NCBI GenBank assembly: GCA_020137815.1
Contig: CM035351.1
Location: 558,001 to 622,000 of the forward strand
Direction: 5' to 3'
DNA from: Hormiphora californensis
Lineage: Eukaryota; Animalia; Ctenophora
Length of the DNA stretch: 64,000 bases
Shown: one piece after another, positions 1 to 27,400 of the stretch
Layout of the letters: the number at the start of each line of letters is the position of its first letter
How positions within the stretch are numbered: the first letter of the stretch is position 1
Notes under the pieces: model-generated
Database searches by the model: none
What the model saw: the letters and a program-made list of their open reading frames with translations, nothing else
What the model was told of the DNA's origin: nothing
Program-made: the position numbers and the translations under genes

Positions 1-3000
1 AATATACAATATCAGCCATCATGTCGACCTCCTAAATCTGCCTTTAGCATCAGAGGGGTATACAACTAGACGTGTGTACTAATTACTATTCAATATGTTA
101 CTAACGCTTTAGCTGGTGCCCCTCCATCGTCTCTCATCTGGACCTCCTGTGTGTCCATGTGTACCCCATCCACAGTCTCAAGGAGATTAACCCTGACCTG
201 ATCATCACCATACTTCAATACTTTATCAATTATATTCGCTAGCTTCTCAACATTACCACCATCCATCTTAGATGAACTCTCATCCGACAGCTCCTTCAGC
301 TCAGCAGACACCCTGACAGCCTCATCGCTCGACTCAATGTCAGTAGACTGGTTATCTAACTCATCTAGCCGCTGTTTTGCAGCACTCGCACACGCCGAAT
401 AGTTGCTTGACCCAAAGGTCCGATCTTCCAGACACTTCCTTGTGGCAGATTGTGCGTTCTGGGATATTAGACACCGGGTCAGAGGCGTGTTTTGGGTTAC
501 TCAGTGAGTTTTGACAATAGTTTTGAGTAGATGGGGCACTGCGAGATGTATGTTCCGAGGATGTATTAGCCCCCCCCCCCCCCCGGTGTTAATATACATG
601 ACGTACATTATAGACACATGGTACAGATGCAGTCACCCCAACAGCCGTGGTAGGCCAACTGTACGCTCCGTAAATGTCATCTTCTTCCTCCAGTGCTCCG
701 CAAATATCTGTAACGACCATTTGTACTGGACATGGGGTTAGCAATGAACCAAATACACCCAACATCTTATAGCTGAGTATATAATAGCTGAGTAACAAAA
801 CATCATAGGACATTCAACAGAATATAAACCAATGTCATATGGGACAGCTTTTAATTTGTCACAAACCTTTTGTAAACTACACTAACCTTCAGGTTTCTCG
901 CATATTGGGTTTTCATTAGATCCCGGTGTACACTGGATACACTTTGTGCTGCCCTCTGGTGCGTATTGTGATGCTTCACAGTTCTCGCAGATACTCTGTC
1001 CAGCCTTGTTCTGGTATTGATTCTCCGGGCAGTTAGAGCACTGTGTGACATCCACCCCTCCGTTACTGATTGTACCAGCTTCACACTCGACCCAAGTGTA
1101 TTCATCGCGTAGTCGATATCCTTTTGGAACAGGCACATCCACTGTGTGGAGAAGGAGGTTTGGGAAGAAGTCTCGTGGGGCGAGGGAGGAGGAGAGGGAA
1201 GTTAGAATTGTCTCTTGTGGCGAGAGAGGGAGGAGGAGGTTTGGGAAGAAGAAGGAGAGGGAGGTTAGAATTCTCTTGTGGCGAGGAAATGAGAAGGAGG
1301 GGTAGGTTAGTTTTAGAAGTCTCTTGTGGCGAGGAAATGAGAAGGAGGGGTAGGTTAGTTTTAGAAGTCTCTTGTGGCGAGGAAATGAGAAGGAGGGGTA
1401 GGTTAGTTTTAGAAGTCTCTTGTGGCGAGGAAATGAGAAGGAGGGGTAGGTTAGTTTTAGAAGTCTCTTGTGGCGAGGAGGAGGTTAGTTTTAGAAGTGT
1501 GGCGAATTGAAGGAATTATAATTTGTTGATGTCACATACCGAACATTCTTCCAAGAACGAACATCTTCTGAACATCAACAGATCCTCCAGGCAGTGTGTA
1601 GTCTATTTTGGGTGTGCCTCTTTTATTGGCCTGTACACCACCACTACAGTTTAGTACTAGCTCTTGTTCAGATTGCCGAAGCGTCACGCACCCGTCCACT
1701 TTCACTCTTATTTCCGTTTGTATCTGTACGGCGGTCGTGAGATTACAAAAAGGGAGGGAACTGACAACTGTCTCATGGCGCCGACCCGATCTCCAGACAG
1801 AGAGGGAATCTATGATAAATAGTTACCTCTTCAAAGACAAATATAACTCTCTGTACATCGTACGTATGAGCACCACCTCCTATCTGAATCACCCCAGGAG
1901 AAGCGTCATCTACTCCCAGGGTGAATATTGCACTTGTCATGGAATCAAAAGACATCACATCTTCTGGAATATCTCTTTCACCGATCAAGTTCTCATAGTA
2001 ACCGTTACTATGGTAACATCGACTATTCGTTGCTGTGGAGACGGTACACGGCTCGCATGATTCACTCCCAGGATTGCTGTACTGGAGATAGTCGCACTTC
2101 TTACAGGCAGTCGAGCCTGAAGGTGAATTATTGATTAACATGCAAGTTTTAATTACTGACAAAGGTAATTGGGAATCTAGGTTCATATACTGTTTGGTGA
2201 ACAGATTTTAGCGGACTGCTATGCTCTCAGACTGTGGTCTCATTTACAAGTTGCATTGTAAAGGAGGTTTAACAGCAGGTTCTACTATAGCTATCATGTA
2301 CCTGTAGTGTCAGTGAAAGTGTTGCTGGGACAATTAGAGCATGATCCCACACTCCCAGCTTCATCAGAGTAGGTTCCTACCTCACACTCCTTACACACTC
2401 CTCCCTCCCTGAACATCCCACTACCACACTCGTAATTCTCTGGAGGAGAGATGTTGGTTGTTTGTCTATTGATTGTCTGTTTGTTTGTTTGGAAGCAGTC
2501 TAAACAGCTATTAAATTATTTTTTCCGTGGGACACAGTTTTCATAAATGATATAACCACTGGAATATTCCTATTGTAGAGCTCGTTGTTGAAGCACACCT
2601 GTGGTGCAATAGTACCTAACACATTAACCAGCTAAGTACCAGCAAAAAGATGTAATTATTTGATCATCAGTCCCCACATAGAATTAGATTATTACACCCA
2701 GGTGCACTTTTCTAAACTATATAATTCTTAGTGAGCAAAATATAACTTTTAATCGTTCGTCTTTTTTTCGGTAGACTAATCACTCGCTCCCTTTCTTATC
2801 ACTCTCTCCTTCCTCCCGATCCCCTCCCTTCCTCCCGATCCCCTCACTCTCTCCTTCCTCCCTTCCTCCCCTCACATGTCTCCAGTCTCCCTCCCTTCCT
2901 CCCCCCTCACATGTCTCCAGTCTCCCTCCCTTCCTCCCGATCCCCCTCATGTCTCCAGTCTCCCTCCCTTCCTCCCGATCCCCCTCCCTTCCTCCCGATC

Positions 3001-5217
3001 CCCCTCCCTTCCTCCCGATCCCCCTCCCTTCCTCCCGATCCCCTCCCTCTCTCCCTCCCTCCCGATCCCCCTTTCTCTCTCCCCTCTCTCCCCTCCACCC
3101 CTCCCTCTCCCTCCCTCTCCCCCCACATGTCTCCAGTCTCCCTCCCTTCCTCCCCCTCACATGTCTCCAGTCTCCCTCCCTTCCTCCCCCCTCCCATGTC
3201 TCCAGTCTCACCTGGTGATCCCATCACTCTCTCCCCTCCCTCCCCTCCCTCCTCCATGTCTCCACCCCTCCCTCTCCCTCCCTTCCTCCCGATCCCCCTC
3301 CCTTCTCCCCCCCCCCATGTCTCACCTGGTGAGGTCCCTGCAATGACCAACTCGCAGATTTTCACATCAGCAGAAAAAGTCAGCTCCATTTTGGTAAACA
3401 TTACGTCAGAGGGCATCGTAACGTTGTCAGTTGATATAGTAAGGGATGTTATAGCCTCACTGCCACCGGCCCCATTGATATAAGAAATCTAGGAGAAGAG
3501 GAGGTATAACAATCTTCATTAAGGGTACGCTAACCAAAAATTTTTTTCGAGTGCAGGGAAATCTCTCACCGTAGGGTTGTAGGCCATACCAAGGAGACCT
3601 CAAATATGCAATTTTAGCCCTTAAGTCGAATTCATATTTTTGCTACAGCTGTTTAAAAAATGTCCTGAAAATACGTTTTTGGCATCTCAAAATTTTTTTT
3701 AAAGATAGGAGCATGAAAATTTGGGGATTTGAAGAGGACATGAAGGTGAATAACCACAAAAAATTTTTTTGCAATCCGAGCTGATTTCCGGTCCTGAGAT
3801 GGATTTCTTTTTTTCCACTTTAACGCCCTATTTGGCAAAGTTCCGAAAACATGTGAAAGCTGTAAATTGGTGAAAAGTTGCGTCTAACGATTATCTAAGT
3901 GGCCATAAATTTTGGGCGTGTCCTTATTTGAGATAAGCTGTACGGAGTTTTTTTTGTGAAAGCCGTCATTTCAGAAATAAATAAATTCCCTGTATCTCAA
4001 AAACGGCTGATCGTAGAGACCTGAGACTATGCTTAAACGATTCAGAAGGTCCGATTTTGGGGGGGTCTTCTGAAAGACATTTTGCTCCTACTTCAACCGT
4101 TTTTGCTGTAATTGCGAAAAACAATAACCCATCTTCGCCATCGTGGATTTTTTGTGATTTTGTTTTTGATGATTATAGGGACCCATATGGACCAAATAGT
4201 GAAGGAATTAGCTTGTTAAACATTTTTCCATAGTTTCGGTCCTTTCTTAGCTAAAATTCCCTAATTACAGGATATTGGAGTTTAGCTTTTGCCCTTTTCA
4301 TAGAATTTGTTTTTCGCAATTACAGCAAAAACGGTTGAAGTAGGAGCAAAATGTCTCTCAGAAGACCCCCCCAAAATCGGACCTTCTGAATCGTTTAAGC
4401 ATAGTCTCAGGTCTCTACGATCAGCCGTTTTTGAGATACAGGGAATTTATTTATTTCTGAAATGACGGCTTTCACAAAAAAAATTCTGTACAGCTTATCT
4501 CAAATAAGGACACGCCCAAAATTTATGGCCACTTAGATAATCGTTAGACGCAACTTTTCACCAATTTACAGCTTTCACATGTTTTCGGAACTTTGCCAAA
4601 TAGGGCGTTAAAGTGGAAAAAAAGAAATCCATCTCAGGACCGGAAATCAGCTCGGATTGCAAAAAAAATTTTTGTGGTTATTCACCTTCATGTCCTCTTC
4701 AAATCCCCAAATTTTCATGCTCCTATCTTTGAAAAAAATTTTTTGAGATGCCAAAAACTTATTTTCAGTTCATTTTTCAAGCAGCTGTAGCAAAAATATG
4801 AATTCGACTTGAGAGCTCAAATTGCATATTTGAGGTCTCCTTGGCATGGCCTACAACCCTACGGTGAGAGATTTCCCTGCACTCGAAAAAAATTTTTGGT
4901 TAGCGTACCCTTAATCTAAGAAATGCATTTCTGTAATTCTACCAAACAGTAATTATAATTTCAATGTAGCATGTCAATAATTTATTGATGTATTACCTTT
5001 GTCAGTAAATCGGGAAGATTGTCCTGGTTACTACTCTCCAGATACACCAATAAGTAGTTCACCCTACAGACACCCCCACTACACAGCTCCACATCACTAA
5101 AATCAAGTCTCAAAGGGCTGGAGCTGGAGATTGTTGTACAGGATGAAGTATCATTGTCTTTCAGTTCACTTTGTAGGTTTGGTACCCATTGGGCGAGGTT
5201 AGTGTTGTAGAGTAGAT
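1..5217 (-). CDS. Adhesion-GPCR-like / cell-surface protein, extracellular part (Cys-rich ephrin-receptor-like repeats, HRM-like motif, helical GAIN-like start); multi-exon, partial at both ends
   Basis: GT-AG exons at about 5217-4997, 3488-3326, 2439-2302, 2117-1827, 1723-1540, 1142-887, 720-605 and 460-108. They encode CxxCxxGTYS/CxxCPxNxYQ repeats (CKECEVGTYSDEAGSVGSCSNCPSNTFT; CSNCPENQYQNKAGQSICENC), an HRM-like YSWPTTAVGVTASVPC...ATRKC and an acidic helical segment. No 7TM region is visible in the window. Confidence 0.6.
1145..1505. repeat. Intronic 48-bp tandem repeat (GAGGAAATGAGAAGGAGGGGTAGGTTAGTTTTAGAAGTCTCTTGTGGC), about 4 near-perfect copies plus degenerate ones
   Basis: Periodicity read directly; the array abuts the acceptor at ~1143. 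Confidence 0.9.
2780..3325. repeat. Intronic pyrimidine-rich compound repeat (CATGTCTCCAGTCTCCC and CCTTCCTCCCGATCCCC units)
   Basis: Read directly; it includes a second copy of the donor CTCACCTGGTGA at ~3207. Confidence 0.85.
3523..4910. mobile_element. Foldback non-autonomous DNA transposon, Kolobok/T2-MITE-like
   Basis: TTAA at 3519-3522 and 4911-4914; termini GGGTACGCTAACC...GGTTAGCGTACCC; ~600-bp inverted arms (3523-4124 / 4307-4910). RR..YY ends with a TTAA TSD fit Kolobok rather than piggyBac. Confidence 0.85.
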
Positions 5218-7125
5218 CTGAGAGGGAGGGGGAATTAGTAGAGGTTGGAATGTGCCTTGTTAGTTGTATAACCTCAATACCTCATACAATACCCCAATAC
5301 CTCATACAATACCTCAATACACCTCATACAATACCTCAATACACCTCATACAATACCTCAATACAATACCTCATACACCCTGGGATACATGCAAATCACT
5401 GGCAGACCCACACGCTCTCTCTTGCACAGGTTTTTGCTGGTAAAGGATACATTGGTAAAAGGATACATCGTGATAATATCACTGATAGTATCGTGATATA
5501 CACGGCCTTTCACATTGTGTGACTGCACCGTCACGAGCTGCCATGCAGCTTTCGTATCTTGTCACCCGCTCCCGGCCCGGGGGAGGGGGGGTCTTTTGAA
5601 TGTGCTCCAATGTGTTCATGTCACCTAGTTAGAAGTTTTATAACCAAACGAGCTAACAAAACATAGATAAAACAGTCTGTATAGATGATATCTCCTTCCG
5701 GCTGGGTCAATATGAACGAAATGAAAATACTGTGGTTTATTAATCAGTTTGCATTGTTCAGACATTTAACGCCCGACAGTGACGCAGTATCAGGCGAATC
5801 AAAAAAGGTGCGATTTGTACTACAATTTACTGCAATGTACCATACGACACAGCCAATTTAAATTTAATTAATAACCAAAACTCAGATCTAGATATGTTAC
5901 ATTTACACTAGATATCAAAAGAAAGACATAATTGGACATATGTTACGATTCTCATGTCCTAATATACCTAGCTCTGCCAGCAATAATTATTAAAGCTAAA
6001 AGTTTTATTTTCCGGTAAACAACTGTAGAACAATACGGAATGACAGGTTCCTTCCGAAGACGCAAAAGCGCTCTGAATAATACGGGCTAAAAATAATTTC
6101 CCTCCCTCCTGTGTGTGCTACTCCACGTGTGACATGTAGGTGTTCACACTTTGGCATAGGGCGACCCTGATAACTTCATTATTAAACAACACACACACAT
6201 GGTACATGGAGAGTTCACTGTTTTTTCCGTGTTTGGCCGTGTTTGGGGAGTTTTTCAGATATCAATAGGTATATAGTATGAGATAAACTAAAACAAGCCG
6301 TATGTCACTAGCTGGTAGTGGTACTGGTACTGGTACTGGTACTACCAGTATCGGTTTAACAAATAAAAGAAGAGATCAGATGAAAATTGTAGCAAAAGAA
6401 GGGGAGGGATCAGATGATAATTGTAGCAAAAGAAGAAGCCAATGCGCTGATCAGATGATATCACTGCAAGTGAATCATTGGAGGAAAAGGTGAAAGGGTA
6501 GAATTGAGTAGCTGGCTCCGGATGCAGAAATTAGGGAGGGAGACTGGGAGAGAGACGGGAGAGAGTCTAGTTGGAGACTAGGAGAGAAAGATAATCAGAA
6601 AGAGAGTGGGACTGGGGGTCGGGGTTGGATTACATAGAAGAAAATATAGCCTATTATAGGACAAGATTTTACTTCGTGGAGCATTGACGTAGAGGCCATA
6701 ATCTCAAAAGTGTAAATTTTTGTATTTTTATGAGGAACCCACGCCAATACATTTACAGTTGACAGTTTCACTTGCAGTGATCCAATAGCAACCCTGATTA
6801 TACAAAACAGCAGGAACTACAGTCACAGAAGGAATTAAATCTGGGACTAATGGCTGGGGAATCTAATAGATTATCTAGGCTAATGTGGGGAACTGGAAGG
6901 AGGGGGAGAATAGGGGAACTAGTCCCGGCACTGGGGGGGGGGGGGCTAATGGGGGGGGGGGGGGGGATAGAGTTGGAACTACTGCACACGGCCCTCGACA
7001 CTCGCCGGCTAATGGCTGGATAGTTGAGATAGTTGAGAGAGAGTTGGAACTACTGAAAAGGAGATCACAAACACAGCCAACACAACACAGGTGGGGTGCT
7101 GCACAGATGGCCTCTGAGAGCTCTA

Positions 7126-7163
<38 letters not shown>

Positions 7164-7172
7164 TCTCTCTCC

Positions 7173-7241
<69 letters not shown>

Positions 7242-9072
7242 GTCGCGTGACATACACAAACACATGTGTTCCTTCCCACGTGACACGTGAGAGAATGACC
7301 AATGAGCTTTCAGAGCTCTCTCAAACCACACTCGATGTGTTGTGCGTGATGAACGACCCTAATTGTATCATGTGTGTGACAAACATTGTGTCTTGGAGGA
7401 ACAGACCTCGGATAGAGCTCTATCCACTGGATAGTATCCAGGCTCTGTTCCTATAATAGAGGGGAGAATATCATAGGAAGTATGAAACATGAATCATTAT
7501 AATAGTCCTACTGTGTTTAGTAATGGAGGGTAATTAGCACATGTGGGTTTGAGAGCTGGGTGGGAGCGTGACACATGTCTGCTGCAGTATGGTGACGACA
7601 ACCATGGGTAGGAAGTGTTCGATTCCAAAGTGGAACTTCACTTTCCCACAAGCTGATATTGTATAACAATGTTATAACATGTTTCTTGCCAGAGACCTTT
7701 AGAGAGAGAAGAAATATAGAGGCATTGCTGCGATGAACAAGCAAAGTTTAAGCTGTCAGTCTGACATTGTCAGAGCATTGGTGAAGTTTGAGGGATCTGG
7801 CAAGATGGTTGGGTACAAAATTCAAAACACGGCGGATTTCAGTTATAATTGAAACTGTTTGGAAATCACAATTTAACACAGTGTTAATAACACACACAGA
7901 ACATGATATAATATCGTGGTGAACACAGAACATGACCGTGGGTGGTAACAAGAAGGAAGTATCTTTGAAATCTCACTTCTTTGGAAGTAGTGGTGAAGCA
8001 GTCGACACAATTTAGTAGGTTAATTAATCGAATTATTGACCAAATTGAGTCGACGTTTCTCATCACCATTGCCAATTGTAAATTGTAATAAATAGTATGC
8101 AGTGTCAGAGTAAAATATGTGTTGTCAGAATATAAATATTAATATTTCTGTCCTTAATCTCGCCCGCGATAGACAGCTTTACACACACAGTTAAAATATG
8201 ATCGGGGACCAAGATAAATTGTAAATCCGGCATCACTCAAAATATTAAATAGTAAATTGAAGGGATAAAACTATTGAATAAATGATAAATTACTAATGCT
8301 ACTGCTATTGGCCAGTAATGAAATATGGAACAAATAAATAAATTTCTATCCAATTATGACAAAATTAAATCAATTTGAATTGTAGATAACTCTCGTATCG
8401 CCGTCCGATTCCGGAATAGTTTCACAATCAATTTGGTCCCAGCCCGGTCAATAATGTACAGTTCCGGTATACAATATTTAACAGGGTTATCGGGGAACGG
8501 ACAAACCGACAGTGAAACCGCATTACAGCGATAATTTGAATCGTGTGCGACATGGGATGAACAAAATTATAAATAATGGTGATTTACAATCCTCATGCGT
8601 TAAAACTTTTGATAAAAGAAACTCCTAGTCCTATCGACAAATGTACATACAACAATTTAACAAACTGCTCCTGTATAGTACACGGGGCTCCCTAAATTAA
8701 CTTGCCAATTAACTCCAATTAACTCTAATTAGCCCAATAAAGTTTTATTAACGGGGTAGAGCTATGTTATGAGGGACGAATAAAACATAACATGCGAGGT
8801 TGTTCGTCCTTAACCAATGGAATTTAACTAGCAAACTACCAGATCAATATCCAGATAAACAATTAAAAATTCAAGACAAATAAACAAATTTAAATTCTAC
8901 TTTTCTCGCACTCAAAACGCTGCAATTCATAGCCCAAACAAAACTCCGATATATTTCTGGGAAACATTTCGAGTCAAATAATAATCCACACCGGCGTGTG
9001 TTTCTGCAGTGCTTCCCAGTACACTATACTTCCCCGCAGTTATCTACTGTCCCACTATATCTTCCTCTCTCT

Positions 9073-22430
<13,358 letters not shown>

Positions 22431-22530
22431 NNNNNNNNNNNNNNNNNNNNNNNNNNNNNNNNNNNNNNNNNNNNNNNNNNNNNNNNNNNNNNNNNNNNNN
22501 NNNNNNNNNNNNNNNNNNNNNNNNNNNNNN
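22431..22530. other. Assembly gap (100 N); sequence at 22531-23800 is error-rich
   Basis: N run; homopolymer expansions relative to the matching region 21370-22430. Confidence 0.98.
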
Positions 22531-22719
22531 TATCTCTCTCTCCTCTCCTCTCAAATCACTATCTTCCTATTTTTTTCCCCATTGTGAACAACACGTTTTG
22601 TTCCCACAATAACTGTACTTCCCATGGGAAAAAGGGGAATTGGGAAGGGTTGTAGTCCCCACAGTTGTACAAAATACACACTATTTTGCCTCTATTTGCC
22701 TTCTCCCCCCTTTTCTTTA

Positions 22720-24763
22720 GCACCCTTTCCCCTTTTTTTAAGCGGCGGTTGGCGTTGGGAGAAAACTTTTTGTTATATGGGACCCTGGCTGTTTTCCCTA
22801 AGGCACTCCCCCACCGGCCTCTCCCTTTATAACCTTCACCAGGATACCTGTGATACTCAACCCCGGCCTCCTCCCCGGGTAACTCCCCCGGGGGTAATTT
22901 AAACAATGGTGAAGGGTGGCAACTTCTTGTATTGGTTTTTGGAAAAATTTGTTTTGGTGGGGGGGTTTTTGAAATACATTCAGTTTTATTGCAGCTCTTT
23001 GTTTGCGTGCTTGATCAACTCTGTTCCCTATTAGGCATTACAACCTGGGGCTCACCCAAACCCTAACACCCGCTTTCAAGCAGAGTCGACATCGAGATAG
23101 AGGTATAACCATTTTGATTTTTTACTGCAAAAAAAACCAGTTATTGATTTCAAAAATTTTTTAAACCCCCTTTTTTTTTCCTTTTTTAAAAACCATTGGA
23201 GACCCCTCTCACCCCCCTTAAAAAACTTTTAAATTGGGGGGGTTGACGTGACGAATTATCCATTGCACATTCTGGACAAAATACCGGATCCCTGAAACGG
23301 GGAAAGGATGAGGAGGGGGTGGATGTGGAGACTGTGGAGGAATTCGTCATCAAGGAATTCTCTTTTAAAATTTGGGTTTGAGTAGGGTTTGTTCGTTTTG
23401 GGGGCCCCTTTGTAAACACAATTTTTTTTAAAAACCCGGGGTTTTTGGGGGTTCTTTTTTAACACAAATCCCAATCTACAAAAACCCTTCTCTCCTTTAT
23501 GAACACGATTTTTCTGGCGATAAAAGCTCCCATTGCATAAAAAGGGGGGCAGTACCCTTATATTCACTCCCCCACGCAGGTGGGCATGCTCTAAGGGTTT
23601 CAAAACCGATCCTCTCCCCACACAAATCGGGGAACAAAGGTTTAGTTGGGATACACCAAAACACCCCAATCCCTTTAAAATTTTTCGGGTCCCCTGACCC
23701 CCCAATCCCCCAAACCCCCCCCCCCCCCCCCGGGGGGGCCCCCTGGGGCGGGGGAAAAAAAGGTCCACCCTAATATATCTCCCACCCCCCCCCCCCCCAT
23801 TAGAGTTGCAGCAGTAACCCAGTTTGAAGCAACATTTGCCCGCCATGCCTTCCCCTGTTTCGATGAGCCACAATACAAGGCCTCCTTTTCTATCTCTATA
23901 GTTCGAGATACAGGACACACAGCACTCAGGTAATACATCAATGATTGCTATTGAAACTATTTCGAGATGTGAATTAGTGATCAAATATAGATTTAAAAGT
24001 GCCAACTGTTTGGAAATCTATTTTTAGAAACCAAATTGAAATCCCCCCTCATCAGTAACATGCCGGAGAGAGACACGGAGGAGTACGGTAGTGATGGTTT
24101 GGTGCAGGTAAACTTTGAGAAAAGTGTCAAGATGAGCACCTACCTGGTCGCCTTCATGATCATGGACTTTACCAGCAAATCTGCAACCACAAAATCAGGA
24201 AAACTGGTTAGTTTACAAGATTCACTTCTGCTTTAATATTATATAGTTTGTGTGTGCCTCAGTTTCACATTGTTCCTCCATCCCCTCTTCTTCTTCAGCC
24301 TCACTTCACCCCTCACCCTCTCTCAGATCAGGATCTGGTCTCGGTCCGACACGGAACACCAGACAGATTATGCACTGAAGTGTGCCGTGAATCTAATGAA
24401 CTATTACGAAGAGAAGTTTGGAATTGAGTTCCCTCTTCCGAAGCAAGGTAAGTGTGACGGCGAGAGTGACTTTTTAGACCCCTCGTCTCTCTCTGGCTTT
24501 TATAACGGCTGATGTGTCTATAGATAAGTTGCCCAATGTCTACTGTTCTTGTGGTTCTAGTATTTGTAAACCCTTCCACAGATCTAGTTGCGGTACCTGA
24601 TTTCAACTCGGGAGCTATGGAGAACTGGGGTCTGATAACATATCGTGAGACGAGCATTCTGTACGACCCAACCCAGACGAGTAGCGCATTTAAACGGCGT
24701 GTTGTGAGCGTTGTGGCACATGAAATGGCCCATCAGTGGTTTGGAAACCTCGTTACTATGAAG
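22720..24763 (+). pseudogene. Inverted partial second copy (allele or paralog) of the aminopeptidase, from the TM exon to the HEXXH exon
   Basis: Same peptides ([38 protein letters not shown]) with synonymous differences and partly different introns; no downstream exons after the transposon at 24790. Confidence 0.75.
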
Positions 24764-24789
24764 GTACGTTAATAATTGGGATAACTTAA

Positions 24790-27380
24790 GGGTACACCTC
24801 GGCGAAATTTTTGTCGAGTGCCCGCTTAGCTCACCATATGAGGTTGTAGGGCATACCCAGGGAACCTCAAATATGCAATTTTAGCCCTTAACTCGAATTC
24901 ATATTTTTGCTATAGCCCCCCAAAGTTGGAAAAAATAGGACCCTAAATCGCGGTTTTTAAGGTTCCTAAATTTTAATTTCAGGGCTAGAAGGCTGAAATT
25001 TTGGGGATTTGTAGAGGATACCAAGGTGTATCAGCCCAAGCAGTGATTTTTGAAATGGTGCTCAATTTTTTGTCTGAGACCATTTTACATTTTTTCGACT
25101 TTGAGGCCATATTTGGACATGTTCCTATGGACCGTTAAGGCTAAAAATCGGACATTTGGTGCTCCTAACAATTGTCAAAGTAGCCACAAATTTTCAGGAG
25201 GTCCGAATTTGAAATGTGGCGTACAGGTTTCTTTTTGTAAAGCACATATTTTAGGAAAACTTAAAATGGCTATATCTCAAAAACGGTAGGTCCTAACGAT
25301 CTAATTTTGTGCTAAATCGATTCAGCGGGTCCGATTTTGGGGGGGTCGTCTCTTAGACATTTTGCTCTAAGTCTAACCGTTTTTCAGAAATCTTATTTTA
25401 AGGTTTGTACATGTTTAGCAGAAATAGGTGAGATTAGCTCTAGCTAGAACATTTCTGCTAAAAGTGTACAAATCTTAAAAAACGATTTCTGGAAAAACGG
25501 TTAGACTTAGAGCAAAATGTCTAAGAGACGACCCCCCCCCCCCCCAAATCGGACCCGCTGAATCGATTTAGCACAAAATTAGATCGCTAGGACCTACCGT
25601 TTTTGAGATATAGCCATTTTAAGTTTTCCTAAAATATGTGCTTTACAAAAAGAAACCTGTACGCCACATTTCAAATTCGGACCTCCTGAAAATTTGTGGC
25701 TACTTTGACAATTGTTAGGAGCACCAAATGTCCGATTTTTAGCCTTAACGGTCCATATAAGCCTGTCAAAACGTGTTTCGACCTTGAACTCACTAGAGGC
25801 AAGCCAATTCCGGTTGTAAATCCTAGGTATAGGCCTCCTGAACATAAAAAACCAAAATGTCAGTCTCGATTATTTGGGGGAAGGTGTGTAATTAGCCCCT
25901 AATTGATTGATAATTGAGCATAAGGGAAAGAACGCTGTATCTACCCTTAGGAAAGGAGTAGAGACAAAATTAAGGGCAGCAAAATGTTCAGCGTCTTCGC
26001 ATTAGTGGGGGTAGGTGCCGGAATTAAGTCTCTATCTCATCTGGTTAATTAGATAATTGGATAATTAGGTTTGCACATAACCGTTTTTAGGCCATATGGC
26101 TATAGCCACTTAGGAATGGAGTAGAGACAAAACTGAGGGCACTAAAATGATCAGCGTCCTCAAATTAGTGGGGGTAGGTGCTGAAATTAAGTCTCTATCT
26201 CATCCGGTTAATTAGATAATTGGATAATTAGGTTTGCACATAACCGTTTTTAGGCTATATGGCTATAGCCACTTAGGAATGGTTTAGAGGCTTTTCATTG
26301 GTGCCATTTTGTAGGCAATAGCCAAGTTATGGGGGGTCGACCTCGGACTTTTAAGCTCTATCTCCAACCGGTTAGCCGTTATTTGGCTTAAACGATGCTC
26401 AAAATCGGGCTTTTTACCGTTTTTCGCTCATTTTGAGCATCGATTAAGCCCAATAACGGCTAAACGGTTGGAGATAGAGCTTAAAAGTCCGACGTCGACC
26501 CCCCATAACTTGGCTATTGCCTACAAAATGGCACCAATGAAAAGCCTCTAAACCATTCCTAAGTGGCTATAGCTATATAACCTAAAAACGGTTATGTGCA
26601 AACCTAATTATCCAATTATCTAATTAACTGGATGAGATAAAGACTTAATTTCAGCACCTACCCCCACTAATTTAAGGACGCTGATCATTTTAGTGCCCTC
26701 GGTTTTGTCTCTACTCCATTCCTAAGTGGCTATAGCCATATGGCCTAAAAACGGTTATGCGCAAACCTAATTATCCAATTATCTAATTAACCAGATGAGA
26801 TAGAGACTTAATTCCGGCACCTACCCCCACTAATGCGAAGACGCTGAACATTTTGCTGCCCTTAATTTTGTCTCTACTCCTTTCCTAAGGGTAGATACAG
26901 CGTTCTTTCCCTTATGCTCAATTATCAATCAATTAGGGGCTAATTACACACCTTCCCCCAAATAATTGAGACTGACATTTTGGTTTTTTATGTTCAGGAG
27001 GCCTATACCTAAGATTTACAACCGGAATTGGCTTGCCTCTAGTGACTTCTAGGTTTGGCCAAATTTCGACACGTTTTGACAGGCTTAATAGGAACATGTC
27101 CAAATATGGCCTCAAAGTCGAAAAAATGTAAAATGGTCTCAGACAAAAAATTGAGCCCATTGCCAAAACACTGCTTGGGCTGATACACCTGGTATCCTCT
27201 ACAAATCCCCAAATTTCCGCCATGTAGCCCTGAAATTAAAATTTAGGACCTTAAAAACCGCGATTTAGTGTCCTATTTTTTCCAACTTGGGGTTCTATAG
27301 CAAAATATGAATTCGATGTTAAGGGCTAAAATGGCATTTGAGGTCCCCTGGGTATGCCCTACAACCCATATGTGAGCTAA
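24790..27380. mobile_element. Branched foldback Kolobok-like element (A-B-B'-C-C'-A'), same family as 3523-4910
   Basis: TTAA 24786-24789 then GGGTACACC; outer arms ~24826-25127 / 27088-27380; inner hairpins ~25128-25757 and ~25758-27087; right terminus lost in a poly-C tract. Confidence 0.8.
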
Positions 27381-27400
27381 AACAAGTGGGGCCCCCCCCG

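Noticed and set aside
2599-2615. 17-nt AG/GT-bounded micro-exon in the GPCR-like gene
   Set aside because: The flanking exons already join in phase 1; including it would shift the frame.
3653-4790. Mirror-image ORF pairs (also 25050/25594 and 51232/54118)
   Set aside because: By-products of palindromic transposon arms; no transposase motifs.
7065-7331. ER/SL-repeat ORFs (also ~17970, 19620, 40540, 45630, 58500)
   Set aside because: Translations of (AG)n microsatellites.
6700-8700. Coding-looking patches between the GPCR-like gene and the aminopeptidase 3' end
   Set aside because: No consistent exon chain or recognisable motif could be assembled.
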